Source: Azolla caroliniana
Lineage: Eukaryota; Plantae; Polypodiophyta
Direction: 5' to 3'
DNA length: 64,000 nt
Assembly (NCBI GenBank): GCA_043228905.1
Contig: JBHGNT010000018.1
Coordinates: 8,618,001-8,682,000, forward strand
The notes under the pieces are model-generated. The model made no database searches and was not told the origin of the DNA. It worked only from the letters and a program-made list of their open reading frames with translations. Positions within the stretch are counted from its first letter, which is position 1. Every line of letters starts with the position of its first letter. Position numbers and translations under genes: made by a program. Shown here one piece after another: positions 41,982 through 54,180 of the stretch.

Positions 41982-42418
41982 TCTTGTAGCGAGTGTAGTT
42001 ACAGAGAGACAAGAGAGTGCATGAGAGAGAGAGAGCGACGATAGAGTTTAATGAACTTACCAAGAACCCTATGTGGTTATCCTTTGAGCATCAAAGAAGA
42101 GTTGTAACTGTTCTTTGTGTTCTCTGTGTATAGTGGAAGATCTGCTCTCCCGAGGTTTTCCCCGATTCAGGTTTCCACGTAAAACTGCGTGCATTGTATA
42201 TCTTTGTCTATTTGTTGTTTTCTATTCTGAGTTGTGTATTTCTGTGAATCTAGAAGTGAGATTCAAGATCCAATCTCTACAAACTGGTATTAGAGCTTGA
42301 GGTGCAAGCATGGAAGGAGGTTTTAGCGGCTTCCCAGGCATGATAGTTCTAAACTCGCAGAACTATGCAGATTGGAAGATAAAGATGGAAGACCTTCTCA
42401 TCGTTAAAGACTTGTATG

Positions 42419-45400
42419 TGTCATGATATAGCATGATATGGCATTAAAAGGATTTGAACCCATGACCTTGTGTAACATGGGTTAAAGCCCTACCATTAAG
42501 CTATACATTGTAATATAAAGATTGTTTTTATTTATTATTTTATTATAGAAAATTGTTATATATTCTAGATTTCTTTGGAACATTCTAGAAACTTCAGGAG
42601 TACTCCTGACAACACTATAAAAAGAGGCACAAGGCATTATTTCGAACCCATTAGGTTCAACTCCAGTCTTAAGCCTCCTAGCTATTGTTGTACTTACTCT
42701 TCATATAATATATGACCTGTTATCATCATTCTCTCTCTCTCTCTAACACATTATACTATACATGTTGCACCTAACTACAAAACCATATTCTTTGCAGAAC
42801 GGGGAAACCGTACACATCGATACATGTTAGAGTCCATATCGTTATTGGCTATGCACATTTTGTCCTAAACAAGTTCGCGAGTCTAAGTATCACACTTTGA
42901 TACAATGCTCTGCCTTTGATCATATTCGACCATGCTTTCAACATGTCTTTGACCGAGCCCAATCCTTGCATGAATTCCTCTCACAACCACAATGTGCACT
43001 CTCGATTGCAACATTCATTGGTAAAGTTCATGAACATCAATAGTCACTACTCACTTTCACATGTATCACGTGAAATGTAATATTTTTGGTCTCATAGGTC
43101 ATATTTGACCTCCGAAGACGATAATATAATCTCTCTCTCTCTCTCTCTCGTGTGTCTTACACACTCCCTTCCTCTTAGTATTAATCCTTATAGTACTTTC
43201 CTTCTCTAGTACTAATTCTCTCTCTTATCCTCTTATCCCTCCTTCCCTTCATACTAATCTTCTTATCCTCCCTAGTAAATGGAATCTGTTAGCACTCAAG
43301 AATACCAATCTTTTTTCTTAGAGCTCTAGTGCTTAACAGAGAAGTTTGTAGCACTAGATCAAGAAAATCATTGTCGGTTGGGGGATCTTCAACAAATAGC
43401 TCTACAAAAACAACAACACGGGGAGCTGACATTACGTGTGAAACAACTTGAAGTGACTATTGACAGTATCATTACAACAACAAGGATCAAATGCTCAAGG
43501 GACTCACAAAGAACCCAAGATCGGTCTTTCTATGAAATTTGATGGGACCTGATCATAGTTTAGAGGCTTTCTTAATTAGGTACGTTTAGTGATTCAAATG
43601 CATCCTTCTCGATATCCCACCGATGCATCACGAGTGGGAGTAGTAGGCACGTTACTTAGTGGCACGACTTTGGCATGGTTCGCCCCCCTGTTAGAAAAAA
43701 AGCTCTGAGTCCCTTGTTAAATAATTTTGAAGAGTTTATTAGCGAGTTTAAAGCTTGTTTTGGAGATATCGACAACGTTAGGATGACAATCAACAAAATC
43801 CGAAGATTGCGCCAAGGTGATCGGTCGGCCTTAGCTTATGTTGTGGATTTCCGTCTTCTCGCCACTGATAGTCCTTGGGATGACCACACATTAAAGGAGA
43901 AATTTTGTTATGGCCTACGTTATGATGTTAAGGATTTACTCTTGACTTTCCCCGAAGAGCCAAAGTCATTGACAGAAGTAATCAGTCGCGCGGTACGATG
44001 CGATAACCGCCTTTTCGAACGACGTTCAAAACGTCAGTTCCAGATGCCAAGGACAAGATCAGAGCCCACCAATGCCTTAGTTGTAGCAAAACCTTTTCCA
44101 AGGGAGTCATATAATGTGTCTCCAACAAATAGTCCAACTCCGATGGAAATCGACACCACACGTTGTTGCAGATCATTATCGGAAGAGGAAAAGCAACGAC
44201 GCCGAGCAAATCGACTATGTCTTTATTGTGGTGGACTGGGGCATATTGTAGTGAACTGTCGCCATAGACCAAGAAGACAGGTAAACCAAATAGTCGCTAG
44301 TACTAATTGTACTAAACTCGAGTCTATTTTAGTAGGAATATCTGATAGTCCTAATAGTACTAATAGCCCAAGTTCATCGAACAAATTTGATGTCCTTAGT
44401 CAGTGAGAAGAAGAGTTAAACGACTAAGTCTAGCCAAAATAGGAGCTGTTTGGTTGGACAACCCTAGATCCGTGTAGCCCATTAGTGGTTCCATTCTCTC
44501 TAAGCAAGTTAGCAATGTGTTCTTAGCTCAAGAAACAATTAGTACTAAAAGTACCCCTCCAATACATATCTTAGCACTCTTAGATTCCAAAACTAATTCT
44601 TGTTTCATGGATAGGAATTTTGCGCAAGCTCATCAGATATCCCTAAGAAAACTTCCCTGCCCAGCATTTGTAGTAGTCATTGATGGTCGTCCCATTGCTT
44701 CTGGAAATATCATAGAAGAGTCAAAGCCAATTAGTATTGTCTTAGATAATTTGCCATGTGTAGTATCATTTAATATAATTAGTAGTACAAAACATCCCAT
44801 TGTTTTAGGGTTACCATGGTTCGAATTACACAATCTGGACATAGATTGGAGAACAAGAGAAATTAGGTATCGACAACCCCAAGAACCTACTCATAAGGTT
44901 TCAACCATTTTGCTAAATCAATTGCGTGAGGAAGGACGCACAGAATCAATGTTTGTATTCGCAGTATCAGTGAAACCTTCCAACACCGCTGAGGAGTCAA
45001 CAATTCAACTTCCAAAAAAGTATCATCATTACACCGATGTTTTTGATAAGGTAAAAGCTAGTACTCTTCCTCATCATCGATCGTATGATTATCCCATTGA
45101 TTTACAACCAGGTAAAGAGCCAGCGAGGGGACCAATCTACAACTTGTCACGAACAGAGCTTGACGTTCTTCAAGCTTACATAGAGGAAAATTTGGCAAAC
45201 GGGTTCATTCGACATTTAAAATCTCCTACCGGTGCACCCATTTTCTTCGTCAAGAAAAAAGATGGCTCACTTCATCTAGTCGTGGATTACCGTGGGTTGA
45301 ATAAGGTCACCATCAGGAATAGGTATGCACTTCCCTTGGTCTCGAGTCTTTTAGAAAGGATTAATGGTGCCAAGTTTTTCACAAAAAATCAACTTACGAG

Positions 45401-48400
45401 GAGCATATAACCTCGTACGGATTCGACCAGGAGACGAATCGAAGACAACTTTCCGCACCTGATATGGGCACTTCGAGTATATGGTTATGCCATTCGGCCT
45501 CACAAATGTGCCAACAGTCTTCCATCACATGGCAAATGATATATTCCTAGATCTTTTGGACATCTGTTTAATCATATCTACTTGGATGATCTGCTAGTTT
45601 ATTCAAAGACACAGGAGGAGCATGATTCTCATGTACTATTAGTACTAAAACGACTACAAGAACATGGTCTTTATGCAAAGCTGGAGAAGTGTAGTTTTGA
45701 CTGTAGCCAGGTGGAATTTCTCGTCTATGTCATTTCCTCAGAAGGCATCTCTATGGATCCGGCTAAAGTCCAAATTGTGCTAGAGTGGCAGACTCCACGT
45801 TTGTTGCGAGATGTGCAATGCTTCCTAGGATTCGCAAACTTCTATTGCAAGTTTATACAAGACTACTCAAAGCTTATTTTGCCGTTTACACAACTTACAA
45901 AGAAGGGTCAATCGTTTATTTGGTCTAAGGAAGTGGACATGGCTTTTGAGGGTCTCAAGAAAGCATTTACATCGGCTCATGTTTTAACTCATATTGATCT
46001 GCAAAAACCATTTATCATGGAGGCAGACGCGTCAGATTTCGCCCTAGGTAGTATTTTATCACACAACAAGGTGACGATGAGAAGCTACATCCCTTGGTGT
46101 TTCACTCATGCAAATTTGATGCCGCCGAAATCAACTACGAGATACATGACAAGGAGCTATTAGCAATCATGGACTCTTTTGCACAATGGAGGCATTTTTT
46201 AGAAGGATCTCCTCATCAAGTCATTGTATTCAGTGATCACAAGAATCTTGCCTACTTTCAGAATGTTCGCGTGTTAAATAGACAACAAGCTCAGTGGGCC
46301 CCGTTTCTCACTCATTTTGATTTTAAGATTACATATCGTCCGGGCAAGCAACAAGGGAAGGCGGATGCATTATCACGACGCTCGTATCTAGCTCCTCGTC
46401 CGGGTGATTTGGTCTTCGACAATCAAAAGCAAGTAATCCAGGGACTGACACAACTTCAAACAATGTGGGTCTTTGACACTCCATTGGATTCCTGCATTAT
46501 CGACACCATTCGTGAAGATTTGAAGACGGATATTTTCGCTCAAGCTATTCTAGATCAAATCGATTCTTCTCAGGCATCTTGTTCTCGATCACAATAACCT
46601 GGTATAGATTATCGGCAATTCAAATGTCATAATGGATTACTCTTCTTTAAGAAACTTTTGTATGTTCCCAATGGTTCGTGCCGCCTTCGAATAGTACAAA
46701 ATTGTCATGACACATATACAACCAGAAATTTTGGTAGTACTAAAACATTGGATTAGTACACCAATCATTTTGGTGGCCCCATATGTGAAGATTTGTCGAA
46801 AACTACGTTCGGACATGTGATACATGTTGTAGAGCGAAGATGCCGAGACATCATTCATATGGTTTTTTGGAGCCATTACCGATCCCAAGCAAACCATGGC
46901 AATCTATTTCTCTTTATTTTATCACAGATCTTCCGGATTCGAGGGATTTCAATGCAATCCTAACAATGGTAGATCGATTTACTAAGATGGCACATTTCGT
47001 TCCCTGTACTAAAGAAATCACTAGTGAAGAAACCGCTGGAATTGTTATGTGTGAAGTATTTCGGCATCATGGTCTTCCCGAGAGTATCATCAGTGATCGT
47101 GGACTGCAATTCATCTCCAAATTTTGGAAGCATCTCTTTAAAATGCTCAAGGTCACTTGCAACCTCTCCTCTGGCTATCATCCCCAAACAGATGGACAAA
47201 CTGAATGTACCAATCAAACATTGGAACAATATCTTCGGTGTTTCCTAAGCTATCAACAGGGTGATTGGGCGGATATTCTACATTTTGCTCAATTTGATTA
47301 TAATAATTCTACGCACTCCTCTACTAGGGTTTCACCATTCTACACTTATATAGGCTATCATCCTCGATGGTGTATGTTAGAAACTCTTGAGTTACCCACA
47401 AATCCTAGTGTAGAGGATCATTTGGAGTGGTTACGACGAATTCAGGTAGAACTATCTACCCACCTACATCACGCCCAACAAACATGAAGGATTATGCAGA
47501 TTGTCATCGACATCCATCCCCTTTTAATATTGGAGATTGAGTATGGCTATTACGATGGCACATCAAGACTACTCAACCGTGTGAAAAACTGGATTATCAA
47601 CGGCTAGGCCCTTTCCATATTAACGGAAAAATTAATGATGTTACTTTTCACCTTGATCTTCCTCCGCAATTACGTATACATCCAATATTTCATAGTTCTT
47701 TCCTAGAACCCTATTAGGACAATACTATCCCAAGATCGTATTATACCACCTCCACTCCCCATCGAGCTTGAAGATGGACCTGACTTCGAGGTTGCTGCCA
47801 TCCTCGACTCCAAGATTGTTTGCAACAAGCTCTATTATTTGGTTGATTGGTTCAGATATAGTCCAAGCAAGCATACTTGGGAACTAGTGACGAATTTGGC
47901 GAATGCTTGAGCTCTTCTTGAAGACCTCCATCGTCAATATCCGAACAAACCAGGTCCTCAATCAAAGATGACTCGTAACACTCGTCATTTAAAGGGGGGG
48001 ATAATGTCATGATATAGCATGGTATGGCTTTAAAAGGATTTGAACCCATGACCTTATATAACATGGGTTGAAGCCCTACCATTAAGCTATATATTGTAAT
48101 ACAAAAAATATTGTTTTCATTTATTATTTCACTATAGAAAATTGATGTATATTCCAGTTTTCTCTGGAACATTCTAGAAACTTTAGGAGTACTCCTGACA
48201 ACACTATAAAAAGAGGCACAAGGCATTATTTCGAACCAATTCAGTTCAACGCCAGTCTTAAGCCTCCTAGCTATTCTTGTACTTACTATTCATATAATAT
48301 ATCACCTGTTATCATCATTCTCTCTCTCTCGTGAGTCTTACACACTCCCTCCCTCTTAGTACTAATCCTCATAGTACTTTCCTTCTCTAGTACTAATTCT

Positions 48401-48428
48401 CTCTTTGTTTTTAGTACTATTCCTGATA
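42419..48428 (+). mobile_element. Full-length Ty3/Gypsy chromovirus (Tcn1-like), pseudogenised
   Basis: LTRs at 42419 to about 43222 (with insertion) and 48005-48428; TSD gtatg/gtata; PPT aaaggggggataa. Domains: gag (PTPMEID, CLYCGGLGH), PR (LLDSK), RT (VKKKDGSLHLVVDYRGLN, YLDD), RH (DASD, DKELLA), INT and chromodomain (FEVAAILDS…YLVDW…TWE). Confidence 0.95.
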
Positions 48429-50129
48429 GTATAAGCCCATGAACAGAGCAAAAATACCCACGAGGGTGTTAGAGTCTGAATGGAAACTTCTGAATAGAAA
48501 GGCAGTGGCCACCATCAGACAATATGTTGATGTGAGTGTCCTTCAACATGTGGCAAACGACACAAATGCTTATGAGATGTGGTAGAAGTTGTGATGTCTA
48601 TATGAGATGAATAACGTCCTCAACAAATCATCTTTGATGAGAAAGATTGTGAGGCTGAAATATAGGGATGGAGAAAGCATAGTGGAGCATGTAAGTACAT
48701 TCATGGGGTATGTGAACCAACTGGCAACAACCAAGTTTCCCCTTGAGGACGCAATGCAGGCCATCCTACTACTGTGTACCCTGCCAGACAACTGGGAGAA
48801 TCTGGTGGTGACTCTCAACACCTCGTGTCAAGAAGAGAACTTGTCACCACAAGTGGTAAAGACAAGCAACTTAAATGAGGAGACTAGAAGGAAGGACAAG
48901 GGTGTCCTATGCTAGTCAGAGTCAAACTTGATTCAACATACCGACAAAGGAAGGAATCGGCAAATAAGTCTACCAAGAAGGGACAAGTCCTAAGGTAGGT
49001 CAAAGTCTAGAAGGAAACTGACATGTTTTTATTGTGGAAAGTTGTCATGACAGAGTGACATCAAATACGTAGTTAGTTGGGGATTGAACCTACATCCTCA
49101 CATCTACAAGATGTCATGCCTAACCATTTCAATATGAGCATGTATTTATGTATAATAGTTTATTGTTATTCTAGCATATAGTATATAATTTTCAGAATAT
49201 TTTAGTCTTTAATATATTCTAGAAATATTCTGTGGTGTATTCTAGATGGGTATATTCCACAGATATTTCTCAAGTATATTCTAGAGATATTCAATCTCAA
49301 AATTTGTATAAATACTTGTAACCTCCTTGGTCCCTTTCAAGAGATTCAACACTAGTCATTGACACATCAATCTACTATTCTCGTTTCATTCCATCTTGTC
49401 TCCTTCTTCATCTCTGTCTTCATGCTCTCCATAGCTTCCTAAGTTCATAGTCTCATCACTCACAACTTCTAGAGTTCTTAGCCTCATCATTTCTAGTTCC
49501 ATGTTTGTCATCCATGCTCTGTCATAGTCTGCAGTTCATGTGTCCTTGCTAGTTTGAATCCCTTCCAATTGGAAGCATCACCCATCTTCGTTATTGCCCT
49601 TGCTTCTAGAGTTACCATTGTCATAGTCCTTGCTTCAAGAGTTACCATCATTAACATCCTTGGTTTTAGAGTCGCCATCGTCACCATAGTCAAAATCATT
49701 CCTTGTAGAGAAGCTTCCTCATCATCATTGTCTTCATTGCCTCATCTTCGACATTATGATTTTTCAACACTTCTTGTTGTCTTCATCAAATGGATTGATT
49801 TCGATCACTCACCTTCACAGTTCCAGTGGGGGTTACAACCACTCACTTTCATGGTGGGGTTCGAATCATTGCCCGTTTGCAATCCAATTTCATTTTAGTT
49901 CAAGTCTCGTGCCACATTCCTTTGGTGAGGATCGATTTTGATCGCTCATCATCTAGTTCTGGTGGGGGTCACAACCACTCACTTTCCTGGTGGGGATCAC
50001 GTCTGTTTCTCACTAGCGCTATCGTTTGTGCCATGTTTTGGGTCAACCTCGACTATTTACCCTCTTATAATAGAAGAAGTCGAGTCGACCGCTTCACTTG
50101 CACTCCTTCGCCCGTTTGTGTTCCAGTTC

Positions 50130-50549
50130 TTGGTGAGGGCCGGATGGTCGCTCACTCCGGTTCGTGTTCCAGTTCCCGGTGAGGACTGCATGGTCATTCA
50201 GACTCGTTTGTGTGTCCGATGAGGACTGCACCTGGTCACTCACATTCTCATTCTCGGTGAGGGTTGCAAATGGTCGCTCACGCCTGCTCGTGGTCTAGTT
50301 CCCGGTGAGAGGGCCGCATGGTCGCTCACTCCCGCTCGTGTTCCAGTTCCCAGTGAGGGCCGCTTGGCCACTCACTCTCGCTCGTGTTCCAGTTCCCGGT
50401 GAGGACCGCATGGCCGCTCATGCCCGTTCGTGTTCCAATTCCCGGTGAGGGCCACACATGGTCGCTCACTCTTGATCGTGTTCCAATTCTTGGTGAGGGT
50501 CGCATGGTCGCTCACTCCTGTTCGTGTTCCAGTTCCCGGTGAGGACCGC
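50130..50549 (+). repeat. ~45-48-bp tandem repeat array (GAGGRCCGCATGGTCGCTCAC core), left part
   Basis: Degenerate head-to-tail units; continues at 59917. Confidence 0.9.
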
Positions 50550-50987
50550 TGTTAACTCTTAGGGCCGGACAATGGCCTAACATAGGGTGTCTACGGAAGA
50601 CACTTCACCAAAGGGGTGTTACGGCAACAGGATTAGACTCAACGATTAATCCGACTTAATTAAGTTACTTAGCAAGATCGTCCTTAATATTCACACGCGT
50701 AAGATATAACAATGAATGCAGAACGACAATTAACACAGAGAGATAACAACACTAAGCTTTATTACTTAACCGTTGTTCATTACATTGTATCCGGGCCTTT
50801 AAATAGGTTTCCAGTATGTATTACAAAACGGTGCCATCCGCACCTGTTCGGGATCGGTCCAGATCCGGAACGGCATACCGATTCCGGTCCGTCCGTCCAC
50901 ACTCATAGCTTACCTACAACCATTCCTACTAATTAAATGACTCCCCGTTTCACACTCTAGACTCCTTTGCCGGCCGGGCCGGTAACA
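50550..50987 (-). repeat. 3' LTR
   Basis: Direct repeat of 59479-59916. Confidence 0.97.
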
Positions 50988-51028
50988 CATGGCACGCCCT
51001 TGTATGTTGAATCCACATCCGACCCTTG

Positions 51029-53803
51029 CTATTCCTCGTCCAAAATATCCAGAATGCTTTGTTCGAGAGTCTCCAATGGTTCATCTGGAATTGGTTGTTG
51101 TTGTTGCTGCTCTGTTGATGGCTGCTGCGACGGGTCCGTTGGTGGCGGCTGCGGCTGCTCCTCCATTTGTTGCTCTGACACCGGCGTCTCCGTCGTTGCT
51201 CCCTCCGTCGTAGTGGTCTCCGGTGTACTGGTTCCGGGCTGGCCCTCGGCCGGCGACGGTTCCTCATCACTAAGGTTAACCGTTGCCGCTTCCCGTGCTT
51301 TTTCTTCCAGAACCCAGGACCGCTCGTAGCTTTCAAACTGGATTTGAGCGTCCAGCCTATCATCATCTAGCTGAGCTACGAGTTGCCGGACCTGCGCCAG
51401 CTGTTCATCCGCCAGGACTTGGAAGTCATCGGCCAACTCGTCCCGTATGGTGGTGAAGTCCTCAGAAGTCAACGTGTAACAATCATCTCCTTCCTTCCGC
51501 CGGTTTGCCACGTCTGCCCGTAGTAATTGGAGTTCCGCCGCATTTTGTGCCCACTTTGTCCACCATCTTACGGAGCTTTCGTCAATCAAGCGTTTTGTCT
51601 GATTCAACCATGCCCGGAGGATGCACTGAATCTGGCCCTTTCCCAACTGCGATTTGGTCTCCGCAGCTTGCCGTTCCTCCTTCAATTGCTTGATGATTTT
51701 GACGTTGTCTTCCACGTGCTCCTTGTAATGCGTCAATTGCCTTTGATATGTGCTTCGTAATTTCTGCAATACCGTTGACGCTCTCTCCTTTTCTTCCTGC
51801 TTTTGCCTCTGGAGCTCCATCCGGACCTTCTCCGCCTTGTCCAACCGTCTTGTATTTTCTGCACGTTCGTCGGCGATCGCCGTCACGGCCCGATCAACTT
51901 CCTGCTGGAGGTCGGCCATACGTTCCTTATGCTCTGTTTCCAGCCGTTTGTAGTCCCGGTGCAGGTGCTCAAAATCATCTGTCTTTTGCTTGAGCCGTGT
52001 GTTGATCTGTCGACGGGCCCGGTCCTCACGGTCCTTCTACTGGCGGAGCTCTTCCTTTAGCCGTTCCATTTCCGTTTCCGCCATCTTTCGCAACTTGTCC
52101 TTTTCCTGTAGCACTTTGTCTTTTTCCTCCCTTAGCCGGTCGTACGCTTGATGGCCTTTCCGAAGGCTCTCCTCTGCCCGGCGAAGGTTCTCAGTAGTCT
52201 TCTTTAATTCGGCTTCGGCCGCTGTCTTCAATTCCCGTTCTCGGCTCCTTAGCGCTTCTTGTGCGACAAGTTCATCTTTCAATTCCGCAAGCTCCTGGGC
52301 TTGCGCCGCATCTCTCTTTGGAACGATTTTCGTTGCCGGGGTCTTATTGGTATGTACAGGTTGATCTGTTTCTTTATTCTGTACACTTACCGGAGTCACC
52401 GGTGATTGGATCTGTGTTGTCGTTAAGGCCATTTTGGCCATCTCTACCGTGACCTGATCCAAGTCTCTTTCAAGGCACCGGATTCTGGACCGGGCCGTCT
52501 CTAGTTGTTCAGTTGTGACGAGCAACCGTTCGCTTTGCGCTCTTTCTTCCGCCTCAATATACCCCACTGCTCCGGCAATCTGTTCGCTTATCCACCGGAG
52601 CCACATGCTACCGGTGCTTTGTGATTGCGTTTGCCCGGAGGTTTGACGGATGGGCTCGCTTGTAGATGGGTGGTCCCGCTTGATTGCGCCGAGTTGCAAT
52701 TCCGTTTCTGCCCGTGGACCACCCTGCTGTCCTGGTTCCCCTTGCGCTTCTTCTTGGTTGGCCGAGGGAGGTTGCATTGACCTTTCCGGCTTTGGCGGGA
52801 TGGGACTTGCCGGTGTTGCCGGTGGTGCCGGGGCTTCTGATTCCGGTGCCATGCGCACCGGTTCCGGTTCTTGCCTTGGCATGGGAGTCTCAGTATGGGG
52901 AGCCGGTGTTCCCTCCGTCTGAGGGTCCGAACATTTCCCGACTGCCTCAAGGGTCCTTGCCGACAACCGTCGCTGGAGGTGCTCCGTAGGCTCCTCCTCT
53001 ATTTCCTCTTCCTGAGTCCCGGCATTGAGTTTTGCCGCCAAGGGGTCCGCTTCTCTATTCACCGGTCGGCGAAGTGTAACCTTTACGGGCCGTGCCGGTG
53101 GTTCCTCCTGCGCATCCGTTGGCCGCTTCCGGCTGGCGCTCTCCTTTCCCGCCTGTTCTACGTCCGCCGCCTTCCCTTTAGTGGCCTTAGAGGCCAACAA
53201 CTGTTGTCTTTTGGAAGCCATCTTTGGGGTGCCGTCCGCCACTCTTCCTTGCTTCTTGGGCTGGACGGGTGGCACAAGCAAGGTGAGCCACTGCGTTACG
53301 GCGTGCCATATCCTCCGTCCGTCTCGGCCTTCTTTGCCGTCTTTGCCTCTAACGATCTCAATCGCCACACACAACCCGTCTGCGATCAATACCGGCCAAT
53401 CCACCTTGATCCCTTCATAGGTGGCGATGATCATTCTTGCCCGGTTATGTGGCATGACAGGGGGTCTAGGGTACACATGGCCGTATTCGTGGAGCACACG
53501 AGCAATCTCGCGGAACATCATATCTCCGCCGCCCTGTGTCCGGTAGCCCTTGATGGCTAGGGAGTACTCACCAAAATACCTGATGAGTTGCTCCGAGGTC
53601 GGATTGTCAATCGTGAGTATGCCTCCCTCCGGAAGGCTTGTTAACGCTCGAATCGCCTCCGCCGTTATGACCTCTGTGTCGATTTCTTTGATCACCTTGT
53701 CGGCTTCTTTGTGTGGTGGTACCTTCATAATCATCAAGAAGCCCTCGAGCCCGTGTTGCTTTAGCCAGGTCTTGGCGGCTTCCGACAGCGTTTGCAGGTC
53801 CAT
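51029..53803 (-). CDS. Extra retrotransposon ORF of about 924 aa, unknown function (N-terminal conserved region, Pro/Glu linker, coiled coil, acidic tail); one in-frame TAG at 52037-52039
   Basis: ORFs 52037-54109 and 51029-51919 share a frame and are separated by a single TAG. Homology with 14381 places the start at MDLQTL (53803). Confidence 0.8.
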
Positions 53804-54180
53804 GTTTGTGTCGAGGTCGGCTTTTGGTGGCGAGATTGGCTGGTGATGAGAGTGAGAGTGAGTGAGAGAGAGTTCAGAAGGTGGGGGTTCTCTGTGTGTA
53901 GGTTCTCGTCTGATGATCTTGCAGTGCCTTGGTGCTTCTGTGCTCCTAGGTTCGTGAAAGTAGAGGGTCTCCACGCGTAGTGGTTTTTCTCTGTGCATTC
54001 TGGTGCCTTTTTCGAGTGTGTGCACGTCGTGTACTAAAATAGCATTATGTCCTGTGGTGGCGCTTAAATGCCCACTACGTACCTTTTTGCTCCTCGCTCT
54101 TTCGTCCATTCATTCCTCGCTTTTGCATGATTACTTCGTTTTATTTATTTATTATTTATTATTTTATTGTTAATGTGACG

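Noticed and set aside
52037-52039. Programmed readthrough of the TAG in the extra ORF
   Set aside because: No CARYYA-type context, and CAG>TAG deamination stops are common throughout these TEs, so mutation is the simpler explanation.
53804-54109. N-terminal 100 aa of the 690-aa ORF call
   Set aside because: Homology with the copy at 14381 begins only at MDLQTL (53803); the upstream part is a CT-rich leader.
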